From positions 418 to 64,417 of the forward strand of contig CALVSI010000005.1 of the NCBI GenBank assembly GCA_944358985.1: a stretch of 64,000 bases of DNA, in the 5' to 3' direction. The position numbers were made by a program, and so were the translations under genes. Positions 1 to 9,084 of this stretch are shown in pieces. The notes beneath the pieces are model-generated. The model searched no databases, was not told where the DNA came from, and saw only the letters and a list, made by a program, of their open reading frames with translations. The DNA is from an uncultured Bacilli bacterium. GTDB taxonomy: Bacteria > Bacillota_I > Bacilli_A > RFN20 > CAG-826. Within the stretch, counting starts at the first letter, position 1. Each line of letters begins with the position of its first letter.

Positions 1-22
1 AAATTTGGCCAATAAATCATTT

Positions 23-505
23 TCATTTATGATATACCTCATTATTATTGATTTTAAACGAACGATAAATTTGTTCCAACAATATTAATCTTGTGAATTG
101 ATGAGTAAAAGTTAAATTAGATAACCCAATTGCTTTATCGGCACGCCTTTTTATTGCATCACTTAATCCATAACTTCCGCCTATTAGAAAATAAATATTA
201 TTTGAAAATTTATCGATAGTTTTTTTCAAAAAGTCTGCAAATTCGATACTTGTTGGTTGATTTTTTACCAAATCTAAAATAATTACATATGCTTTTTCTG
301 GCAAAAGTTTTAATAGTTTCATTCCTTCTTTTTCTTTAACTTTATTAATAAGATTTTCATTAGCTTTATTATCGTCTAATGCTTCATCTTCTACTTCTTT
401 AATACTAATTTGACAATAATTTGAAAGACGTTTTATAAATTCATCAATTATATTTGATAAATTTTTATCCTTAATTTTGCCAACACAAATTATATTAATT
501 CTCAT
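23..505 (-). CDS. rlmH: 23S rRNA (pseudouridine1915-N3)-methyltransferase RlmH
   Basis: 160 aa from ATG 505, with AGGTGG just upstream. The track start at 514 is a GTG 3 codons earlier. The MRINIICVGKIK N-terminus and C-terminal SPOUT-knot region (IGGSYGLS, LSNLTFTHQ) match RlmH/YydA over full length. Ends with TGA. Confidence 0.93.
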   Translation of the reverse strand: MRINIICVGKIKDKNLSNIIDEFIKRLSNYCQISIKEVEDEALDDNKANENLINKVKEKEGMKLLKLLPEKAYVIILDLVKNQPTSIEFADFLKKTIDKFSNNIYFLIGGSYGLSDAIKRRADKAIGLSNLTFTHQFTRLILLEQIYRSFKINNNEVYHK

Positions 506-1244
506 ATCGCCCACCTATTAGATTTTCATCTTGACGAGCAATCTTTATTTCATATTTATTAATATCTTTATGTGCATAATCAAACACCCTTTCATAAGCA
601 GTTTTGGCTAGAAATGGTGTATTACATTCTTGACTAAGGTGTGCTAAAACGATTTGATTAGTGTTTTTTGAAATAATATCTAAACAATAAAAAGCACTGT
701 CTTCATTTGATAGATGCCCAACATCACTTCTAATTCTGCGTTTTAATTCTGCACTTCTATTACTATTCATTAACATTGATAAATCATGATTCGATTCAAT
801 TATTAAATAAGTTGGATTAAATGCATATTCAATTGTTTTGTCACTTATGTAACCAGTGTCTGTTATATACACTAATTTTTCATCACCATCTTCAATTACA
901 AATCCACATGGATTAATAGCGTCATGGGATGTTAAAACAGGTGTGATTTTGAAAGATTTAATATAAAAAGAAACGTATGGTTCAATAACGTTATAATTTC
1001 CGCTTAAAGTATTTTTTAATGCATATGTTTTAGTGTTTTTTAAATAACGCACGCCTGATATATGATCACTATGATCGTGTGTTATTAAACATCCATCAAT
1101 ATCATCAAGTGTTTTGTTAATGTTTTCTAAACCATGTTTTAAACAAGTCAAAGATACGCCCATATCTATAAGCAATAAATCGTTTTTATTCGCAATCAAA
1201 GTAGCGTTTCCTTTTGAACCACTTGCAACTATATTAAAATACAT
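495..1244 (-). CDS. MBL-fold metallo-hydrolase, YycJ/WalJ-like
   Basis: 249 aa with the metallo-beta-lactamase motif HDHSDH (ITHDHSDHISG). Lies next to rlmH, as walJ/yycJ does in Bacillus. Confidence 0.85.
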   Translation of the reverse strand: MYFNIVASGSKGNATLIANKNDLLLIDMGVSLTCLKHGLENINKTLDDIDGCLITHDHSDHISGVRYLKNTKTYALKNTLSGNYNVIEPYVSFYIKSFKITPVLTSHDAINPCGFVIEDGDEKLVYITDTGYISDKTIEYAFNPTYLIIESNHDLSMLMNSNRSAELKRRIRSDVGHLSNEDSAFYCLDIISKNTNQIVLAHLSQECNTPFLAKTAYERVFDYAHKDINKYEIKIARQDENLIGGRYEN

Positions 1245-1245
1245 T

Positions 1246-2730
1246 TTAATCTTCTTCTTCTATTCTTTTCTTAGCTTCAAGATATTCTTTTGATGGCGTA
1301 TTAAAAGAACCAAATGATTTATAAAAGTGTAAATATGCTTTACCAGTCGCACCATTTCTATTTTTAGCTATGTTGACTTCAACATCGCTGACATCAAGTG
1401 GCAATGACTCCGCTAATTCTTTTTCTTTCATCTCGTTTGCAGCTGCAAGTCGATCAGCATCAGACATTTGATTTAATTTTTTGTTAGTGTCAGTTGCTTT
1501 CTTTTGGTCTTTATAATAATCAGGACGATACAAAAGCATCACAACATCCGCGTCTTGTTCAATATCACCAGAATCTCTTAAATCAGAGAGCATTGGTCTT
1601 TTAACATCACGTTTTTCTACACTACGAGAAAGTTGAGAAACGACAACAACTGGTATTTTTAAATCTTTTGCCATCGATTTTATTTCTGAAGATATTTTTC
1701 TTACTTCTTCGGTTCGTGATTCGTTATTGCTTTTGCCTTGACTTCTAATCAAACCAAGATAATCAATAACTACAAGACCTAAATTTGGTTCTTCGTTTTG
1801 CAATTTTCTTGTTTTTGCTAACAAGTCCATTATTTTTATATTACTAGTTTCATCAATAAATATTTTTAAAGTAGAAAGTTCTCTAATAGCGTTATTGACT
1901 CTAACTCTTTCGCTACTTTTAAAATGCCCTGTTGTAATTGATGTTAACGATACTTGTGAAACCATAGCGATAAATCTTCTTGTTAAAGATTCAACATTCA
2001 TTTCCGATGAAAAAATAGCCACAGGTACTTTTTCTTTACTAGCAACTTGATAAGCAAAATTTAAACAAAGTGCGGTTTTACCAACACTTGGACGTGCCGC
2101 GACAATAGTAACCTCGCCTCTTTGAAATCCTTGCGTATAATGGTCTATTCCAGGATAACCTGTCGATAATCCTATAACGTCACTGGGAGGTAATTCTTTT
2201 TGCATATTTAATTGTGCTTCAATTGTTGATGTAGCGGTTTTTAAATCTATAAATGATGAAATATGTCTTCTTGCAATTGATTCTTTAAAAAGCATTTCGC
2301 TATTTAAAATAAAATCATTAATATTTTCGATTGTCTCTGTTTTATAAGTATTATCAATGGAACGAATGGTTTGTAACATCTTTCTTAAAACTGATTGATC
2401 AATCAAAATATTGATATAAAACTGAAGATTTGCAAAAGAAATGACGTCTTCAGTAATTTCTTGCAAATAATCAACACCACCGATATCATCAATTAATTTC
2501 ATATTATTTAATTCATTAGTTACCGTTAAAATATCCGGTGTTGTTTTTTGCTCATATAAATTGTATATAGCTCGGAAAATCATTTGGTGTTTATATAGAT
2601 AAAAATCTTCTTCTTGCACAGATGATAAAATTATTGAAAGAGACTGCCTATTTAATAATGCCATTCCTAAAACTGTCTGTTCTGCAGTCTCATTGAATGG
2701 CAAATCGTTTTTAACAACCCGTTTTGGCAT
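1246..2730 (-). CDS. dnaB: replicative DNA helicase DnaB
   Basis: 494 aa from ATG 2730, with GAGGAG 7 nt upstream inside the rplI 3' end. The track start at 2751 has no SD. Has the N-terminal DnaB domain (AEQTVLGMALL), Walker A ARPSVGKT, Walker B VVIDYLG and C-terminal KNRNG. Conserved gdpP-rplI-dnaB order. Confidence 0.95.
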   Translation of the reverse strand: MPKRVVKNDLPFNETAEQTVLGMALLNRQSLSIILSSVQEEDFYLYKHQMIFRAIYNLYEQKTTPDILTVTNELNNMKLIDDIGGVDYLQEITEDVISFANLQFYINILIDQSVLRKMLQTIRSIDNTYKTETIENINDFILNSEMLFKESIARRHISSFIDLKTATSTIEAQLNMQKELPPSDVIGLSTGYPGIDHYTQGFQRGEVTIVAARPSVGKTALCLNFAYQVASKEKVPVAIFSSEMNVESLTRRFIAMVSQVSLTSITTGHFKSSERVRVNNAIRELSTLKIFIDETSNIKIMDLLAKTRKLQNEEPNLGLVVIDYLGLIRSQGKSNNESRTEEVRKISSEIKSMAKDLKIPVVVVSQLSRSVEKRDVKRPMLSDLRDSGDIEQDADVVMLLYRPDYYKDQKKATDTNKKLNQMSDADRLAAANEMKEKELAESLPLDVSDVEVNIAKNRNGATGKAYLHFYKSFGSFNTPSKEYLEAKKRIEEED

Positions 2731-2734
2731 AGCA

Positions 2735-3181
2735 CTACTCCTCACTAACATGAACGCGAATATCAGCGATGACTGATTTATATAATTCGTTTTGTAAGAT
2801 TACTACACCCAAACTATCGATTGGTGTTTTGTTAACAAATTTTCTCTTATCAATCTCAATATCATATTTTTCTTTAAGTTGTTCGATAACTTGTTTTAAA
2901 GAAATTGTTCCAAACATTTTACCATCTTTTCCAACTTTAGCTTTAAATTCTAAAGTAATGTTTTTTAAAACCTCTTTAAGTTTAATTGCTTCTTCTTTTA
3001 ATTGCTTTTCTTTATTGATTCTATCTTGTTCTTGTTGGTGTAGAATTTCTACACTTTTATCTGTATAAGGAACTGCAAATTTGTGGGGAAATAAAAAATT
3101 ATTTGCATATCCAATTGATACATCAACAACTTGATCTTTTTTTCCTACTTTTTTAACATCGGTTAACAAAATAACTTTCAT
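2735..3181 (-). CDS. rplI: 50S ribosomal protein L9
   Basis: 148 aa. MKVILLTDVKKVGKKDQVVDVSIGYANNFLFP is the canonical L9 N-domain. Has the long central helix and sits between gdpP and dnaB. Confidence 0.96.
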   Translation of the reverse strand: MKVILLTDVKKVGKKDQVVDVSIGYANNFLFPHKFAVPYTDKSVEILHQQEQDRINKEKQLKEEAIKLKEVLKNITLEFKAKVGKDGKMFGTISLKQVIEQLKEKYDIEIDKRKFVNKTPIDSLGVVILQNELYKSVIADIRVHVSEE

Positions 3182-3185
3182 TGCA

Positions 3186-5222
3186 TTATTCCTCCTTATC
3201 TATATCTTGTGGTTTATCATTTCTAGCACTTGTCAAATAATTAGCTAAAACATTTTTTAATGTTTCTTCTACACTAATAAAGTCTTGGCTATTAAATACG
3301 ACAGCAGCAGCACTAAAATGTCCTCCACCACCCATCTTTTCTGCTAATATTTGGACATTAATTGTTCCATCGCTTCTGCAAGACATCTTAATGGTTTTAT
3401 TAGATGTTCTGCCTATAACAAATGAAGCGTTAATTGCTTTAACACCTAATAAAGCATTGGCGGCTTTTGCTAAGGTTGCATCATCAAACATTTGTTCGGT
3501 CGGTGCAATCGCATAAACAACGCCAGGAGATGGTGTAGAAACATTAGAAATAATCTTATTAACAATCATATGCTCTTCATAATCATCTTTTAGTAGTTCA
3601 TCCGCCATTGCATTATCAGCACCAAATTCCTTTAAAAATGTGCAAGCTTCAAAAGTTCTAATACCAACATTTTTAGATTTAAAATAGCTGGAATCCAAAA
3701 AGATTCCAGACAACATAATAGTTGCATATATAGGTGGAACCTCAATACGAGGGTTAATAGAAGCAAAATGAATAAATTCAGTTATTAATTCAGATGCAGA
3801 ACTAGCAGAAGGATCAATGTGGTTAAAAACTGGGGATTCAATATAATCTTCTGCTCGACGATGATGGTCGATAACAACAATTTTCGTCGCTTTGTCTAAC
3901 AAATTTGGTGCCATAACCATCCTGGGAATATGAACATCAACAACCACCAACAATGTATTGTGTGTCATTTTAGATTCAGCATCCTTAGGAGTTGTCATAA
4001 TTTTATCCAGTTCATCGCGAGAAAAACTAGAAGTAATAGCTGCTCTTGTTTTATATTCTGTTTCTTTTAAATCAAATACAATTTTAGACTGTTTATCAAT
4101 TCTATCGCATATTGCTTTGATACCTAAACAAGCACCTAGAGCATCCATATCCGCCTTAGTGTGGCCCATAATTAAGACATTGCTTGATGCTTTTATTAAA
4201 CTAATCAAAGAGTCTGCTAAAACACGAACCTTAACACGATTTCTTTTTTCTTGCGCTTCTGTTTTTCCACCAATAAATTCCATATCAGAACCATATTTGG
4301 AAATTACAACTTGATCGCCACCTCTAGACATAGCGATGGATAACGCCTCTTCTGCTAAGTCCGCTAATTTGACAACATCAGGGAAATCATGAGCAATACC
4401 AATGGATAATGTCAGTGGAACATCTTCTCCTTTACCTAATTCTCTAACTTTGTTAACTAACGAAAAATTGTTATTTTTCATGTTTTCAAGAGTTTGGTAG
4501 TTGGTAAGAATAAAATATGTGTCATTGCGATATCTTCTTAATAAAATGCCCATGTCGCGAGCGTATTGAAAAATAACATTTTTAACTTTAGAAATAGAAT
4601 CGTTAAAATCCTCTTCTGTGCCTACAACATCAGAATAATTATCAATGGCTAATAATCCAACAACTGGTGCTTGTTCTTTTGAATACTGCAATATGTTTTC
4701 AAAATCAGTCACATCTTTAAAAATAAAAAGACCGGCTTCACTTAAATATTTAACTTCGTATTGTCTATTAGCGTCATTTATTTTCACAGTCATTTTTTCA
4801 TCTGGTGAATCCATTAAATTTCTTAATTCTGATTTCCAATCATAAATATGCATGTCAATAATGTTTATGTTTCTTTCTTTAAATAAATCGTTGGTCCAAA
4901 TTACTATGCCATCATCATCGACGACAGCAAGACCTAGCATTGCAAAATTATATGCAGCTTGGATATCGCTTCCTAAAACTTCAGATGCTTTCAAATCGGT
5001 TTTTCTTCTTAATGATGAGACTTTAATAATTGCAATCCATATAAATAAACAATCAAGAAAGATTAATATTAAAGAACCAAAGAGAACATAAATAGGATCG
5101 ACAATTGTTTTAAATTCAAAAAAATCAAAAACATAAAAAATACAAAATAAAATTATTAACAATAATTCAATCAGTATGATAATAAAAGCTGTCGTTCTTA
5201 ATCTTTGCAAAAATTTTCCCAT
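3186..5222 (-). CDS. gdpP: cyclic-di-AMP phosphodiesterase GdpP (DHH/DHHA1 family)
   Basis: 678 aa. Two N-terminal TM helices, a PAS-like region, a degenerate GGDEF region, a DHH motif (VIDHHRR) and a DHHA1 GGGGH motif. Typical position upstream of rplI. Confidence 0.9.
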   Translation of the reverse strand: MGKFLQRLRTTAFIIILIELLLIILFCIFYVFDFFEFKTIVDPIYVLFGSLILIFLDCLFIWIAIIKVSSLRRKTDLKASEVLGSDIQAAYNFAMLGLAVVDDDGIVIWTNDLFKERNINIIDMHIYDWKSELRNLMDSPDEKMTVKINDANRQYEVKYLSEAGLFIFKDVTDFENILQYSKEQAPVVGLLAIDNYSDVVGTEEDFNDSISKVKNVIFQYARDMGILLRRYRNDTYFILTNYQTLENMKNNNFSLVNKVRELGKGEDVPLTLSIGIAHDFPDVVKLADLAEEALSIAMSRGGDQVVISKYGSDMEFIGGKTEAQEKRNRVKVRVLADSLISLIKASSNVLIMGHTKADMDALGACLGIKAICDRIDKQSKIVFDLKETEYKTRAAITSSFSRDELDKIMTTPKDAESKMTHNTLLVVVDVHIPRMVMAPNLLDKATKIVVIDHHRRAEDYIESPVFNHIDPSASSASELITEFIHFASINPRIEVPPIYATIMLSGIFLDSSYFKSKNVGIRTFEACTFLKEFGADNAMADELLKDDYEEHMIVNKIISNVSTPSPGVVYAIAPTEQMFDDATLAKAANALLGVKAINASFVIGRTSNKTIKMSCRSDGTINVQILAEKMGGGGHFSAAAVVFNSQDFISVEETLKNVLANYLTSARNDKPQDIDKEE

Positions 5223-5372
5223 ATCACTAAATATTATAATGTAAATAATAAGTATAATAAATACTTATTTTTTTATTTAACATTTGTATTTTTATACACC
5301 AAACTTAATAAAACAAACTAGTTTATTTTTATAAAAATACCAGTGATTTGCATTGTTTTTAAAAAAATATAG

Positions 5373-5399
5373 TAAAAAAGCATGGTTTTATCCATGCTA
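5373..5399 (-). terminator. rho-independent terminator after rpsR
   Basis: On the minus strand, an AGCATGG-ATAAAA-CCATGCT hairpin followed by a T run, about 28 nt past the rpsR stop. Confidence 0.75.
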
Positions 5400-5426
5400 A
5401 ATATTTTTAAAAAGAGTTTATTAATT

Positions 5427-5654
5427 TTAATCTGCAATATATGGTAATAAAGCCATATAACGAGCGTTTTTAATTGCTCTTGCTAATTCTCTTTGATGAC
5501 GTGCACATGTTCCTGTAGTACGTCTTGGAGAAATTTTGCCATTTGGCGAAATAAACATTTTTAACATCTCTACATCTTTATAATCGATATGTTTAATGTT
5601 GTTTTTCTTAAAATAACAAAACTTTTTATGTGGTCTAACTTTTCTAAAAGCCAT
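5427..5654 (-). CDS. rpsR: 30S ribosomal protein S18
   Basis: 75 aa. The motif [32 protein letters not shown] is canonical S18. Part of the rpsF-ssb-rpsR operon. Confidence 0.97.
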   Translation of the reverse strand: MAFRKVRPHKKFCYFKKNNIKHIDYKDVEMLKMFISPNGKISPRRTTGTCARHQRELARAIKNARYMALLPYIAD

Positions 5655-5670
5655 CTAAATATCTTCCTTT

Positions 5671-6102
5671 CTAAAATGGTAAGTCATCATCTGGCACATC
5701 AATTGCATCCAGATTTTTTGATTCATCAGGTAAATCTTGTGATAAATCTAACGAATCGTTTGTGTCGGTATTATTTTGTGCGGCTTTTGGTTCGAGAAAT
5801 TGAACGCTGTCACAAATTATTTCTATAGCAGAACCTTTGCTGCCATCTTTTCTTTCATAAGTTCTTTGTGATAAACGTCCTTCTACACCAACTAGCATAC
5901 CTTTTCTAGCATATTTTGAAACGTTTTCTGCCGATTGATTGAATACTGTACAAGGAATAAAAGAAGCGGTTTTGTTTCCATTTGCATCTTTACCCCAATT
6001 GTCAACAGCGACTGTAAATGATGTAACTGATGATCCGCTATTGGTTTTTCTTAATTCGGGATCACGAGTTAAACGTCCGACTAAAACAACACGATTAATC
6101 AT
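5671..6102 (-). CDS. ssb: single-stranded DNA-binding protein
   Basis: 143 aa. OB-fold N-terminus MINRVVLVGRLTRDPELR and an acidic C-terminal tip DDDLPF. Confidence 0.96.
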   Translation of the reverse strand: MINRVVLVGRLTRDPELRKTNSGSSVTSFTVAVDNWGKDANGNKTASFIPCTVFNQSAENVSKYARKGMLVGVEGRLSQRTYERKDGSKGSAIEIICDSVQFLEPKAAQNNTDTNDSLDLSQDLPDESKNLDAIDVPDDDLPF

Positions 6103-6120
6103 TTTTTTCTCTCCTTTAAA

Positions 6121-6411
6121 TTATTGTTCATCGACGAGAATGATATGACGTAATACATTGCGATTGATTTTAACCAAACGATTAAATTCGCTAGTCGCTT
6201 TGTTATCTGCACTAACTTTTAAGACAACATAATAACCTTTAACTTCATCCTTGATAGGATAAGCAAGGTCGCGTAAGCCTAAAGATTCGTCAACACTTTT
6301 AATTTCAGCACCATTATCAGTAAGAATGGCATTGACTTTATCAAGTGCTTCTTTTCTTTGAGCTTCGTCTAAATCTGCTCTTAAAATGTACATGATTTCA
6401 TAATTTTTCAT
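6121..6411 (-). CDS. rpsF: 30S ribosomal protein S6
   Basis: 96 aa. MKNYEIMYILRADLDE is the typical S6 start. Strong SD AGGGAGGTG upstream. Confidence 0.96.
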   Translation of the reverse strand: MKNYEIMYILRADLDEAQRKEALDKVNAILTDNGAEIKSVDESLGLRDLAYPIKDEVKGYYVVLKVSADNKATSEFNRLVKINRNVLRHIILVDEQ

Positions 6412-6571
6412 TTGTACACCTCCCTTTGGACTTCTGGCTATTTTTTAAAATAGCAGAGAGTAAATTTGCTTTTAGCGTTATGTATTATACATAAAAGTGA
6501 AAAGTTAGTAAAGAATTTTATATCATCCTCTACTTACTAATAGTGTTTAAAAAATAAATTTTCTAATTTTT

Positions 6572-8071
6572 TTATTTTTTGTTATCACGCATTGTCGGGA
6601 ATAAAATAACTTCGCGAATCGAAGATTGATTAGTTAAAAGCATAACTAAACGATCAATCCCCATTCCCATTCCTCCAGTTGGAGGCATGCCGTAATCAAG
6701 TGCATTTAAGAAATCATAATCCATTTCGTTAGCCTCATCATCGCCAAGTTCTTTTGCCTTTAATTGAGCGATAAATCTTTCTTTTTGATCTATTGGATCA
6801 TTTAATTCGGTATATGCATTGGCTAATTCTTTTCCATTTATAAATAATTCAAATCTTTCTGTAAATCTTGGATCTTTGCCTTTTTTTGTTAAAGGAGAAA
6901 CTTCAATTGGATATGAGTATACAAATGTCGGTTGAATCAAATCATCTTGGCACAATTGTTCAAAGAATTCATTAACGATATAACCATAAGAATTTTTGAA
7001 TTTATCTAATTGAATATGGTGTTGATCCGCTAATAACTTAGTTTGCTCGTAACTCATTTCTTTAGAAAAATCTATACCGACTTTTTCTTTAATTAAATCA
7101 ACCATTGAAATCCATCTAAATGGTTTAGAAAAATCAAGTACTTTATCTTGATATTGGACCTTAGTAGTGCCTAAAACTTTTTTAGCAACAAATCTAATCA
7201 TTTTTTCAGCAATATGGCGCATAGATTTTAAATCGCCATATGCTTGATATAGTTCAATGGTAGTAAATTCAGGATTATGAGTTGTGTCCATTCCTTCATT
7301 TCTAAATAATCTCCCTATTTCATAAACTCTTTCCATACCACCTACTAATAATTTTTTTAATGGTAATTCAGTTGCTATTCGTAAATAAAAATCCTTATCT
7401 AATGCATTATGATGTGTGATAAATGGTCTTGCATTAGCGCCACCTAAAATTGGTGACAAAACGCTTGTTTCAACTTCTACATATCCTTGATTATCAAGAT
7501 ATTCTTGAATACTTCTAATAATTTTTGGTCTTAAAAAAGCAACGCGTTTTGCTTCTTCATTCATAATCAAGTCAACATATCGATGGCGGTAGCGTTCTTC
7601 TACATCTGTTAATCCATGGAATTTTTCTGGTAAAGGATTTAAAGATTTACAAAGATGTGTTAATTTTAAGACTTTAACAGTTAATTCTCCTGTTCTAGTC
7701 GTCATGACAATGCCTTTAACACCGACAATGTCACCAATATCTTCCATTTTAAATAATTCATAATTTTTTACACCGACATCATTTATTCCAATATAAAACT
7801 GCATTCTTCCGCTTTTATCTTGCAAATTAAAAAATGAAGCTTTCCCCATTTTTCTAATTGCCATGATTCTACCCGCAACAGAAACAGTTAAATTCATTTT
7901 TTGAATTCCGTTTGGAGTTTTTTTGTTACATAACTTTCTGATTTGTTGAAAAGAATGTGTGACTTTATATGAATGCCCAAAAGGATCTACATTCATTTCT
8001 TTATATTTGTCTAATTTTGCACGTCTTGCTAGTTGTTGGTCGTTTAATAATTCTTTTTCTTCTACTGCCAT
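6572..8071 (-). CDS. lysS: lysine--tRNA ligase (class II)
   Basis: 499 aa from ATG 8071, with GAGGA 7 nt upstream. The track start at 8101 lacks an SD. OB anticodon-binding domain plus class II motifs (FRNEG, GGMGMGIDRL). Confidence 0.95.
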   Translation of the reverse strand: MAVEEKELLNDQQLARRAKLDKYKEMNVDPFGHSYKVTHSFQQIRKLCNKKTPNGIQKMNLTVSVAGRIMAIRKMGKASFFNLQDKSGRMQFYIGINDVGVKNYELFKMEDIGDIVGVKGIVMTTRTGELTVKVLKLTHLCKSLNPLPEKFHGLTDVEERYRHRYVDLIMNEEAKRVAFLRPKIIRSIQEYLDNQGYVEVETSVLSPILGGANARPFITHHNALDKDFYLRIATELPLKKLLVGGMERVYEIGRLFRNEGMDTTHNPEFTTIELYQAYGDLKSMRHIAEKMIRFVAKKVLGTTKVQYQDKVLDFSKPFRWISMVDLIKEKVGIDFSKEMSYEQTKLLADQHHIQLDKFKNSYGYIVNEFFEQLCQDDLIQPTFVYSYPIEVSPLTKKGKDPRFTERFELFINGKELANAYTELNDPIDQKERFIAQLKAKELGDDEANEMDYDFLNALDYGMPPTGGMGMGIDRLVMLLTNQSSIREVILFPTMRDNKK

Positions 8072-8110
8072 AAAAAAATCCTCGCTTAATATTATATACA
8101 AAAATATTAA

Positions 8111-9082
8111 TTATGTAATTTGAAATGAATCTACTAGGGATTTTAATTCGTTATAGGTGTTGATTTTACTTGCTATGGAGACTCTTATATTTTTAGAATT
8201 TTTAAATCCATTGAAAAATTTTGGCCCGATGCTTTTAAATATACGCATAGCTTTTTCTTCACCCATGTCTTCGCACATCATTTTGGCTAAAGTTAGACAA
8301 TATTGTTTTTGTGTATCTAAATCAGCGTCTTTTAATCTTGTACCATCTTTAAAATATTGATTTATTTGTCTAATAAGTGTCGGATTGCCAACCCCACCTC
8401 GAGCTATCATAACACCGTCCGCATTAGTGGTTTTTAAAGCATATATAGCATCATCTAAAGTAAAAATATCACCAGATACTATAAGAGGAATCGTCATATC
8501 TTTTTTTATATCTTTTAACAATTCATATCTAGTTTTTCCTGAGTATAGTTGTTTTGCACTTCTTGCATGAATTGCTATCATTTTAACACCTAAATCCTGC
8601 AAAACTTGAATAACTTCTTTAAAATTTAAATGCTCATCATCGATTCCTAATCTTATTTTTGCGGTTATAGGAAAAGGAGAATGTTGAATTATTTCTTTCA
8701 TCATTTTCTTTAAATAATCTAAGTCTTTTAATAAAGAAGAACCAGAACCTTGTTTAGTTACTTTTTTAACTGGACACGCTAAATTGATATCAATAAAATC
8801 GCAAGCAATTTTTTCTTTAACTATAATATCAATTGCCCCGTTAATAGTTTTAGAATCATGGCCAAATAATTGTATCCCGAAAGGATGTTCTAAATTATCT
8901 GTTTTTAGATAAGCAATGGTTTGCTTATTATCATATACCAAACCATGGTCGCTAACCATTTCTGAATATGATATCCCCACCCCAAACATTTGCATAAATT
9001 TTCGGTACGAATAAAAAGTAAATCCCGCCATTGGGGCGAGAATTACTTTACTATCAATTTTATAGTTTGCAAATTCAAACAT
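8111..9082 (-). CDS. dusB: tRNA-dihydrouridine synthase (DusB-like)
   Basis: 323 aa. TIM-barrel Dus motifs (LAPMAGFT, DINLACP, catalytic Cys). dusB-lysS adjacency as in Bacillus. Confidence 0.9.
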   Translation of the reverse strand: MFEFANYKIDSKVILAPMAGFTFYSYRKFMQMFGVGISYSEMVSDHGLVYDNKQTIAYLKTDNLEHPFGIQLFGHDSKTINGAIDIIVKEKIACDFIDINLACPVKKVTKQGSGSSLLKDLDYLKKMMKEIIQHSPFPITAKIRLGIDDEHLNFKEVIQVLQDLGVKMIAIHARSAKQLYSGKTRYELLKDIKKDMTIPLIVSGDIFTLDDAIYALKTTNADGVMIARGGVGNPTLIRQINQYFKDGTRLKDADLDTQKQYCLTLAKMMCEDMGEEKAMRIFKSIGPKFFNGFKNSKNIRVSIASKINTYNELKSLVDSFQIT

Positions 9083-9084
9083 AA

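Noticed and set aside
2769-3068. 99-aa plus-strand ORF antisense to rplI. Similar antisense ORFs occur in gdpP, ftsH, mfd, recF, dnaA and glmU.
   Set aside because: All lie opposite well-supported conserved genes, lack SDs, and have low-complexity Ser/Leu/Phe/Ile-rich sequences.
5249-5267. Hairpin TAAGTAT-AATAA-ATACTTA followed by Ts on the plus strand, upstream of gdpP.
   Set aside because: It is AU-only, and no plus-strand gene precedes it. It is probably a chance palindrome in AT-rich DNA.
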